In this document: one piece after another, positions 8,657 through 16,740 of the stretch
Layout: the number at the start of each line of letters is the position of its first letter
Position numbering within the stretch: position 1 is the first letter of the stretch
DNA from: Raphidiopsis brookii D9
Lineage (GTDB): Bacteria > Cyanobacteriota > Cyanobacteriia > Cyanobacteriales > Nostocaceae
Length of the DNA stretch: 32,000 nucleotides
Direction of reading: 5' to 3'
NCBI GenBank assembly: GCA_000175855.1
Contig: ACYB01000035.1
Location: 150,001-182,000 of the forward strand
Translations under genes and position numbers: made by a program
The notes under the pieces: generated by a model
The model's database searches: none
The model's input: only the letters and a program-made list of their open reading frames with translations
Told to the model about the DNA's origin: nothing

Positions 8657-9964
8657 ATGAACCAAAACAAGGAAGGACAAAAAAGAAGACCAATTGCCAT
8701 TGATTTATTTTCTGGAGCGGGTGGACTTTCTCTGGGAATAGAATCTGCTGGTTTTGAAGTGGTGATATCTATTGAAATTGATCCCGTTCACAGTGCCATT
8801 CACAACTATAATTTTCCCAACTGTGCAAATATTTGTCGAGACATATCAAATGTGTCTAGCGAAGAGTTATGGAATATTTTAAATGATAAACATATAAATG
8901 AAGTTGATTTATTAGCTGGGGGACCGCCTTGTCAAGGATTTTCCCAAATGGGATATAGACACATAGAAGATCCTAGAAATAAATTAGTGTTTGAATATGT
9001 AAGGGTTGTCAGAGATATCAAACCAAGGTACTTTATTTTTGAAAATGTTCCTGGTATAGTATGTGGCAAACATAAGGGATTTATAGAGGATCTTTGTCAT
9101 GAATTTATCCAGATAGGCTATAATACCATTGTCCCGGTTTTGATTTTGAATGCAGCGGACTTTGGTGTGGCACAAAACAGATCTCGTTTAATTTTGCTGG
9201 GTTGGCGCAAGGACATGCCGAAACCAGTTTACCCGGAGACTTTGTTTGAAAAAACCACAGCAAATAGTAAAAGTAGGGAGCCATCTTCTCTACCACCATG
9301 GTTAGGAGCATCAGATGTTTTGAGTGATTTAGAGGGTGTCTCAGTTTTTATTGGGAAGGATGAAGGCATAAGTCCTAATAAATTGGACTATTATGGACTT
9401 CGATGTAACTTTTCCTTTGAGCCCAATGGTGTGTTTCACCTATGTCACAGAAGAACCTTTACCGAAAAATTAATTTACGGTCATTTGTCCTCTACTCACA
9501 CAGAACAATCAATCGTCAGATTTAAAAATGTTCCCCAAGGAGTAGTGGAACCAACCACCAGGCTCTTCAAATTACATCCTTATAGACCCTCTAACACGCT
9601 CAGAGCTGGTACGGATAGTAAACGAGGTGCACATACTGCGCCCCGACCCATACATTACTCTCATCCACGCTGTATTTCCATCCGCGAAGCTGCAAGATTA
9701 CATTCCTTTCCAGACTGGTTTCAGTTTCATAGGACTATTTGGCATGGACATAGACAGATTGGCAATTCTGTACCTCCCTTACTAGCTAAGGAAATTGCCC
9801 AAAGCCTAATTGGGCTTTTAGGTTATGACCTGAGCAAGATTCCGGTAGACAATTTACCGCCATCGGATCTGGGACTGCTTTCCTTAACTATGCACCAGGC
9901 TTGTAATGTATTTGGCGTGCGTAAGGATGTTATAGGAAAACGGAACCGTAAAATAGTTCATTAA
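8657..9964 (+). CDS. DNA (cytosine-5)-methyltransferase, solitary (no adjacent restriction endonuclease or Vsr)
   Basis: 435-aa ORF with motif I DLFSGAGGLSLG, motif IV GGPPCQGFS, motif VI ENVPG, motif VIII QNRSR and motif X GNSVPP. Confidence 0.92.
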   Translation: MNQNKEGQKRRPIAIDLFSGAGGLSLGIESAGFEVVISIEIDPVHSAIHNYNFPNCANICRDISNVSSEELWNILNDKHINEVDLLAGGPPCQGFSQMGYRHIEDPRNKLVFEYVRVVRDIKPRYFIFENVPGIVCGKHKGFIEDLCHEFIQIGYNTIVPVLILNAADFGVAQNRSRLILLGWRKDMPKPVYPETLFEKTTANSKSREPSSLPPWLGASDVLSDLEGVSVFIGKDEGISPNKLDYYGLRCNFSFEPNGVFHLCHRRTFTEKLIYGHLSSTHTEQSIVRFKNVPQGVVEPTTRLFKLHPYRPSNTLRAGTDSKRGAHTAPRPIHYSHPRCISIREAARLHSFPDWFQFHRTIWHGHRQIGNSVPPLLAKEIAQSLIGLLGYDLSKIPVDNLPPSDLGLLSLTMHQACNVFGVRKDVIGKRNRKIVH

Positions 9965-9984
9965 CAGTATTAATTAAACAGTAT

Positions 9985-10512
9985 ATGTTCCATTCTATCC
10001 TTCAACAAAATCTAACACAAAAGAAAATTAGTCGAGTCAGCTTTTTTGCTGACTTTCTCTTAGCAGGAATGGTATTGGGTCCATCCTTAGCTCCTTTTTT
10101 GGCTGCATCTAATGTATTTGTACTACAAATTATCAGCAATATAATTTATTTCATAGGTGACCATGTTTGTCCTCAACCTGAAACTGGTTTGGAATTAGCA
10201 CCTCCTTACATTATGTCAGTTTGTATGCGGTGTTATGGAACAGTTACGGGACTATTAATAACACGTGTTTTATATGGTCTAACTCAGGGACGAGGGGTTT
10301 TTTGGTTACACCAGTATGGTTGGATGGGTGCATCCGTGGCCACGATTTTGATGACAGCTTATCCTTGGGAGTTAGCTGCTGAGGTTTTTGGTTTGTGGGA
10401 GTTTAATAATTATGTTGTTACTCCCTTTGGTTTGGTTACCGGTTTGGCCTGGGGGTTGTTTGCTATGCCACTTTTACATTCTAGTAAGAAAACTTTTGAA
10501 TCTAAATACTAG
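9985..10512 (+). CDS. DUF2085-type integral membrane protein
   Basis: 175-aa hydrophobic ORF with the paired Cys signature …DHVCPQ…CMRCYG… typical of DUF2085. The assignment is from memory of the family pattern. Confidence 0.6.
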   Translation: MFHSILQQNLTQKKISRVSFFADFLLAGMVLGPSLAPFLAASNVFVLQIISNIIYFIGDHVCPQPETGLELAPPYIMSVCMRCYGTVTGLLITRVLYGLTQGRGVFWLHQYGWMGASVATILMTAYPWELAAEVFGLWEFNNYVVTPFGLVTGLAWGLFAMPLLHSSKKTFESKY

Positions 10513-10525
10513 TCAACAACTTTTA

Positions 10526-10819
10526 CTACTCTACCTTCACGCCTCTCCAAAACGCCACATATCCTTCGATATGCTTGGCTTTGTCCTTAGTTGCTGGGTA
10601 GTACCAGGCGGCATCTTTATTTACCTGACCGTCAACTTGGATGTTGTAGTAACTGGCAACACCTTTCCAAGGACAGGTGGTATGGGTGTTGCTTTCCTGA
10701 AAATACTGACGGTTGATGGCATCCGGTGGGAAATAATAATTACCTTCCACTACTTGACCTTTGTCGCTTTCGGCTAAAACGGCTCCGTTCCATAAGGCTT
10801 TTGGCACTGTTGACTCCAC
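10526..10819 (-). CDS. DUF427 domain protein
   Basis: 97-aa ORF with …GNYYFPPD…CPWKGVASYY…AAWYY…, which matches the DUF427 pattern. Confidence 0.7.
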   Translation of the reverse strand: MESTVPKALWNGAVLAESDKGQVVEGNYYFPPDAINRQYFQESNTHTTCPWKGVASYYNIQVDGQVNKDAAWYYPATKDKAKHIEGYVAFWRGVKVE

Positions 10820-11113
10820 TTAAAAACTAGACTCAATATTCTATATCTTACCCGATAGCTTGCAAATAGCAACCTGTCCTTGAGGTAATCAACTTACGTT
10901 GCGGAGTCGGGCTTTTACTATAACATGGCTTGTGTAGGGGGGTTTTATTAATTATGGTGTATGTGAATTTGTTTGAAATGAAAATGAGGGTGAGAATGTC
11001 GATGAGAAGTGTGATCACATCGGCTTATTGCCAAGGTCTACCGGGCCTATATCAAACCTACGAGAATAGCGATCGCTCCCAGTAAGGAATGACTAATAAT
11101 AATACTATACAAA

Positions 11114-11918
11114 TTACCAAACTTGGCGTACTTTGCCATCGGCGGGATTAATTTGAATCCGTCCAATACGTCCATTGCGATCACTTTCACTATGTCCAGC
11201 AAAAAAGAAAAATGTGCCAACCTTGACTATCTTGTAATTTCTCTTCTAACTGTTTGCGTGTAGGTTTTCTAAGGATATGGGGATCACCACCATGTTGTTC
11301 CAAACTTTTAATAAAATTGATTTCTTGTGCAAAATCAAGTTTTTCATCACCAAATACCACCAATATCCGAGCAGTTGCTTTTAATTGTGGGGTTTGCTTT
11401 TGCGTCAATCGTTTAAAATTAGTCGCACTAATAGCAACTTCTACACCACTGCTAGTATACCCTGCCAAAGTATCCCATTCTTGCCAAGGAAGACCCCGCA
11501 ATTGTCGATCTTCTGTCTGTACAATAATCTGAACTTCATCTTTTTGAGTTATTTTCTCCCGGAATTTTTCTAAAACCAAACTCACACAGGGATCTGGTTT
11601 TCCATTTTCATCAACCCAACCATCCCTACCTAACCATTTGTTTAATTCTGCTTTGAGAGAATTAGTCATTTCGGTGAGATTAATTACCCCAGAAGTCCGA
11701 TTTTCCCCTTTTTTTGGAACTTTTCTATCTCCTTGCAATCCAATATAATCTTGCCAATCTTTAAACTTATTTGATAAAGATTGCGGGAGAGGAGAAAGAA
11801 AAGAAACCAATTCTTCTATTTGTCCATGTTGATCATAAATAGCAAGGGTGACAGGTAAAACTTCAGTATTATTCAGTTGCACCCTACCACCAATTTTAAA
11901 GGAGATTTTCCAAGTCAT
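11114..11918 (-). pseudogene. CHAT-domain (caspase-like) protease gene, frameshifted at the catalytic His motif and truncated before the catalytic Cys region
   Basis: The 242-aa ORF ends …GWHIFLFCWT*. Removing one T from the T5-C-T6 run (+ strand 11201-11212) restores …GWHIFLFAGHSESDRNGRIGRIQINPADGKVRQVW*, stop at 11114-11116. The expected downstream Cys-containing half is absent. Confidence 0.75.
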
Positions 11919-11966
11919 AGAAACTCATTTTTCAGAGGATGTTTTAAAACTTTTAAAAGGCATTTG

Positions 11967-12081
11967 GCGAATATAATTCGCTACTACACAAACGAAGTCC
12001 ACCTGCGTGGACTAATCAAAAATCAATGATTTTTAACCTGAGTAGGAAGGTTTTGCCTGTGTAGACGCGATTTCCAATCGC
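11967..12081. repeat. Cluster of three short perfect hairpins in the DUF1822-CHAT intergenic region (dispersed-repeat-like)
   Basis: The hairpins are gcgaat-ata-attcgc (11967-11981), agtccac-ctgc-gtggact (11996-12013) and gcgat-ttcca-atcgc (12067-12081). Confidence 0.6.
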
Positions 12082-12086
12082 CTTTA

Positions 12087-12812
12087 CTAAGCAATGAAAT
12101 ATTCTCTAACAAAGGTTTCTCCTAACCGTAATTCTACCCAAAATTCCTCACCTGGATATAATTCTAGCGGTATAGATATCAAATCTGCAGGTTGATCAAC
12201 TGTTTCTGTATAAATATCAGATTCGTCTGGTACACTCACCTGCATACCCATAGATAAAAAAGTATTTTCACTCTGGACAATGACTCTCACAGTAACTAAT
12301 TCCTCACTGTTTTGAGAAACGGAAAGCTGCATTTTAAATATTTGTCCTGCTAGGGGAATATCTTTTTTGCAGGTGGCATTTTTCAGATCCCGCATTGATG
12401 GTTGCCAATCTCCCTCATAAATATTATTCAACCAATTTATTAAATAAGTAATTTTTTTTTCAGCAAATTCTAGGGATAAATCATCAATTGCTGGTGTTTG
12501 TGCTCGTAAAGATGTTTCTTTTTCGGATAAATAATCAATTAAATCATCCATAGATTGTAAATCGGTGATTTTTAATTGTTCATTAGCAGTTTGAGTATCA
12601 AAATCAGGTAGAAAACCTATTAACATGGCTTCTTTTTCTGAATCAGCAATTTCTATAAATAAATAGCCGATGTGATTACTAACAATATCAGATGGTAAAA
12701 TGAATTTTTCCTGATCTTTTGTAATAACACAACATTCTAAATTACCCAATCCTGATAATTCTAATTCGTTAGCTTCACTCCATAAACGTTGAATTACATT
12801 CCATGATCTGGA
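12087..12812 (-). pseudogene. DUF1822 family gene, N-terminally truncated
   Basis: The tracked ORF (TTG start at 12749) reads LGNLECCVI…IGYLFIEI…EAMLIGF…, matching the central and C-terminal DUF1822 pattern. The frame stays open upstream to 12812 (SRSWNVIQRLWSEANELELSG…) with no start codon. About the first 70 residues of the family are missing. Confidence 0.65.
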
Positions 12813-13072
12813 TCATATTCCTCACATAATGTTTTACTGGATAAATTAAGCATAGTTTTTTGTAATGCTTCTTCATAAATATCCTTGTTGTTATCATTCC
12901 CTGCTGCTGGCCTCCAAATACGTCTTGATTTGAGAAGCGATCGCAGTAAACTGTTAATTGCTTTACGATGCTGGGGGGTGTTTTTGGGGTACTTGCAAGC
13001 TTCCATGACGAGGATTTGCAGGTGGAGGTTTAGATCATCCATACAATTATGACGTTTTAGTAAGAACATCAT
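12794..13072 (-). pseudogene. Sigma-70-family-like factor gene, N-terminal fragment only
   Basis: The 92-aa ORF ends …IYEEALQKTMLNLSSKTLCEEYDPDHGM*. This resembles the first half of the cyanobacterial sigma-like proteins found beside DUF1822/CHAT genes. The C-terminal half is missing. Confidence 0.55.
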
Positions 13073-13227
13073 TAAGTATAGAATAATCTCTACTATTATT
13101 TATACGAAAAATAATTAACTCCTGTTGCAAATATTTGTTTATATTTATTTATGGTTTTTTGGAGGGCGATCGCTGCAATCGCCCTGATCAGATATAATAA
13201 TACCAATACTATCAACAAGTCTTGACT

Positions 13228-13458
13228 ATGCAGATTAGTGAAGAAATTACAATCAAAGTGAGTCCTAACGTTGCTCAAGCCTATCAAAAAGCAACGGAAC
13301 GGAAAAAGCAATCTTTGGTAACGCTGGTTAGTTTATTTTTACAAGAGGATCTGAATCAGGAAGTTGATTTTCTTGGTAAATTGATGGATGAGATTAGCGA
13401 TAGAGCAGTTTCCAGAGGCTTAACACCAGAAATTTTGGAGACTATTCTGAATGAATAA
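13228..13458 (+). CDS. Hypothetical small protein, antitoxin-like
   Basis: 76 aa from the ATG at 13228 (the track starts at TTG 13222). The acidic C-terminus is …RGLTPEILETILNE. The stop overlaps the ATG (13451) of a 30-codon ORF in the arrangement typical of type II TA pairs. Confidence 0.45.
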   Translation: MQISEEITIKVSPNVAQAYQKATERKKQSLVTLVSLFLQEDLNQEVDFLGKLMDEISDRAVSRGLTPEILETILNE

Positions 13459-13741
13459 TCTCTCTAAATATGTCACTGATTACCTTGTATTTAAAAGTTT
13501 GCAAACCTTTACAGAGATATGGTTTTCAGCTTTTATGGTTTAAATTTATCGGCATTAAATTTTGGTGATTTTAGTTGTGACCATAAAAGAGACGCAAGAG
13601 CCATATATGCTAACCATCCAAACCAAGATATGAGACTTAGAATAATGTTTTTTATTCCTCGCATATTTCTATTATTATTCTTCTTACAGTGGTTGACTAA
13701 TCAATCTCTTTATTAATCAATTGAATGATTGAAAATACGAA

Positions 13742-14272
13742 TTAACTAATGAGCTTAATATTTGACCAATTTGTATTTTTCTCAATATTTTTAGTCAAAG
13801 AAGCATTTTCAAGAACTGCCCCTTCAAAAACTACATTTGTTAGATCACATTCATCAAAAGATGAACCACCCAAATTTGCATTCTTGAAGCTTGTGCCATT
13901 GAGTTGACAATCATAAAATTCAGCACTACCAAGATTGGCATTATCAAATGTAACATCCTCATTTTTAATTCTATAAAACTCAGTTTTTCCCAGGTTGGCT
14001 TTTTCAAAATTTATGTTCATAAACACAGAATCTTTGAACACAGAACCATACAAGTCGCATTGGTAAAAGCAGCATTTTATAAACACACTATTATGTGCAT
14101 TAATTCCAGACAATTTGCAATTACTAAAATCAAAATTTTCTATTTTTAGATTAGAGAAATCAGCAAATTCTCCTTCATTTCCACAGGATTCTAAATAACG
14201 AAGATGGTTATTAATTTTATTCTGTAGAAGCTGATGATCAATTGTTTCAGTTAATTCTATAAGTTCTAACAT
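13742..14272 (-). CDS. Pentapeptide repeat protein
   Basis: 176-aa ORF with tandem A(D/N)LxX-type pentapeptides (…ANLGKTEF…ANLGSAEF…ANLGGSSF…CDLTNVVF…AVLENASL). It is visibly more AT-rich than the flanking operons. Confidence 0.85.
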   Translation of the reverse strand: MLELIELTETIDHQLLQNKINNHLRYLESCGNEGEFADFSNLKIENFDFSNCKLSGINAHNSVFIKCCFYQCDLYGSVFKDSVFMNINFEKANLGKTEFYRIKNEDVTFDNANLGSAEFYDCQLNGTSFKNANLGGSSFDECDLTNVVFEGAVLENASLTKNIEKNTNWSNIKLIS

Positions 14273-14291
14273 TATATTATGTACCTCTGTG

Positions 14292-14569
14292 CTAAGGACG
14301 AATTACAACTTCAACAATACGATTAAGCTCATTCGGTGTCAACTCTTGATTAAGTCGTTGCCATAATGCTTGATGGTCAGTCGGATTCATGTATGAGCTA
14401 TCGAGAATAACTTTTCTGAGTACAGGCTGATTGGTATTTCCGTTTAGAAAAGTACCCGGAGGTGTTTTAGTACCATCAGAAAGTAACTGAGTCTTATCTC
14501 GCAATTCCTTTTTAATTGCGGTAACAGCATCTTTTGGATCAAATTTCCATGACTCACCAGGAGCAGGAG

Positions 14570-14573
<4 letters not shown>
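14292..14573 (-). pseudogene. C-terminal remnant of an unidentified gene, truncated exactly at the 23S fragment boundary
   Basis: The frame is open from 14573 (immediately after an in-frame TGA) to the stop at 14292: TSPAPGESWKFDPKDAVTAIKKELRDKTQLLS…NRIVEVVIRP*. There is no ATG; the track uses an internal TTG at 14504. Confidence 0.45.
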
Positions 14574-14851
<278 letters not shown>

Positions 14852-14868
14852 TATGTCACTGGTTCTTT

Positions 14869-16004
14869 CTAACTAATACGACAACCTGCACAAATAGTTG
14901 ATATTAATCGTGGAACAATGCCATCATCACAAACAGTAATAAAATCAGCTCGTTTACCAACTTCTAAACTACCTCGATCATGAAATAAATCAATTGCTTG
15001 TGCAGGATTACTGGTAAATAGTTCCATAGACCGATATAGTGGTTTATCAGTCTTTTTGGCAATGATAAACATGGCTTGTAATAAACTTTGAGGTACATAA
15101 TCGGAAGAAATGACATCCACCAGGTCTAATAAGACTAAATCCATGGCCGATACATTCCCAGAATGAGAACCACCTAAAACTAGGTTGGGGCACCCATTAA
15201 AACCTTTAATCCTAAACTGTGAGCTTTACTTGCAGCTTCTACAGTGGTGGGAAACTCCGCTAAAACTACTCCATCTTCTACCGCTTCTTGGACATGGTCT
15301 ACTGTAGCATCGTCATGACTAGCTAGGGCAATTTTTCTTTCCCTAGCTAATTCAACTAGAGAATGACGGTTCTTTTTGCTATATAACTTGTGCCTTTCTT
15401 GTCGTGTTGTGATAAACTCCTCCATTTCTTGTGCTGTTACTCCATGTTTACCCATGTAGTATTCTTTGAATTTTTCTAGTTTGATAAATTGTCGCTGTCC
15501 CGGTGTATGATCCATAAGGGAGATCATTAACAGTAAAGAGTTGTGAACATATTCCTGGGTAATTTGATCAACTTCTGGATAGGCTAATTCACAGCGTAAG
15601 TGAATATAATGGTCCACTAAAAATCTCCTATCTGCTTTCCCTTGGCAAAGGACATTGATCATCTGACTATAGTTCTTTAAACGTGGTGATTTAGGATTAA
15701 CATCACCAATGGCAATGGCATCACAAACTGTGGTTATTCCTGCACTAGCTAAGTCTCGGTCATGATAGATAGCTGCTGCTTCTAAAGGCCAGCGAATTCC
15801 TGGACGAGGAGACATACATCTTTCTAAATTGTCTGTATGTAGTTCAATCAACCCTGGTATGAGATATTTCCCTTCTCCGTTCTCTCCTTTTTTTGTTATC
15901 CCCGGTTGAATATCAGCAATCTTACCATTGCGTACTACAAGAGTACCTAAAATCTCTTCGTTAGGAAGTAATAACCGATAGTTGGTATAAATCTGCTCAT
16001 TCAT
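14869..16004 (-). pseudogene. phnM: PhnM (alpha-D-ribose 1-methylphosphonate 5-triphosphate diphosphatase), split by a 1-nt frameshift
   Basis: The N-part (15180-16004) ends …LMGAPT*. The C-part frame reads …PNLVLGGSHSGNVSAMDLV… (tracked from 15144). One extra base in the GGGG/TT run at 15185-15190 restores the conserved MGAPNLVLGGSHSGN. The ATG at 16004 overlaps the phnL stop. Confidence 0.85.
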
Positions 16005-16740
16005 GGACAAATAACTCCCTATCAAAAAGTTTTTTGGCTGTGTTTGTGCTGAGGTTTTTCCCTTGATCTATGTTATGGAAAATGCCAATTAGGGCGCACC
16101 CTTTAATCTTGCGCTCTTCTAACAGTTCCATAACTATTTGGCAATTGTGAGTGTCTAAAGCTGAGGTTGGTTCATCTAAAAGCAAAATAGGAAAGTTCAC
16201 TACTAATGCTCTAGCTATATTTACTCTCTGCTTTTCTCCCCCAGAAAATGTGGTGGGGGATAATTGCCATAACCGTTCAGGTAAATGAAGACGGTGAAAT
16301 AATTCTTTTACCTTTGCTAAAGCTACCTTACGTTCCTCACCTAAATCTAATAACAGTTCCGCAGCTACTTCTATGGCGGGGACTCGGGGAATAACCCGCA
16401 AAAACTGACTGACATATCCAATGGTTTTTTGCCTCACTGCTAAAAGTTCATGGGGAGCAAGTTGACACAGATCAATCCAATTTCCCTCGTGTTTAACCCA
16501 AACCTCTCCATTATTAGGTCTGTAATTACCATATATACATCTGATTAAAGTGGATTTACCAGAACCAGATGCACCCGATAGAACTAGGGATTCACCCTGA
16601 TTTAATTGAAAGGAAACTCCCTGGATTATTGGTAAACTAACCCCTCCCTGTTGGTGAAGGATAAAGCTTTTGCTTAAATTGGCAACTTGTAAAATGGTTT
16701 CCGGAGAGCGATAATTCATTGATGGGGTGTAAATACTCAT
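15997..16740 (-). CDS. phnL: C-P lyase system ATP-binding protein PhnL
   Basis: 247-aa ABC-type ATPase with Walker A GASGSGKST, signature FSGGEKQR and Walker B LLLDEP, at the phnK-L-M position. Confidence 0.9.
   Translation of the reverse strand: MSIYTPSMNYRSPETILQVANLSKSFILHQQGGVSLPIIQGVSFQLNQGESLVLSGASGSGKSTLIRCIYGNYRPNNGEVWVKHEGNWIDLCQLAPHELLAVRQKTIGYVSQFLRVIPRVPAIEVAAELLLDLGEERKVALAKVKELFHRLHLPERLWQLSPTTFSGGEKQRVNIARALVVNFPILLLDEPTSALDTHNCQIVMELLEERKIKGCALIGIFHNIDQGKNLSTNTAKKLFDRELFVHE

Noticed and set aside
13096-13311. Minus-strand 71-aa ORF upstream of the sigma-like fragment
   Set aside because: It spans an AT-rich intergenic region and overlaps the start of the + strand antitoxin-like ORF. 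The sequence is low-complexity and hydrophobic, with no start context.
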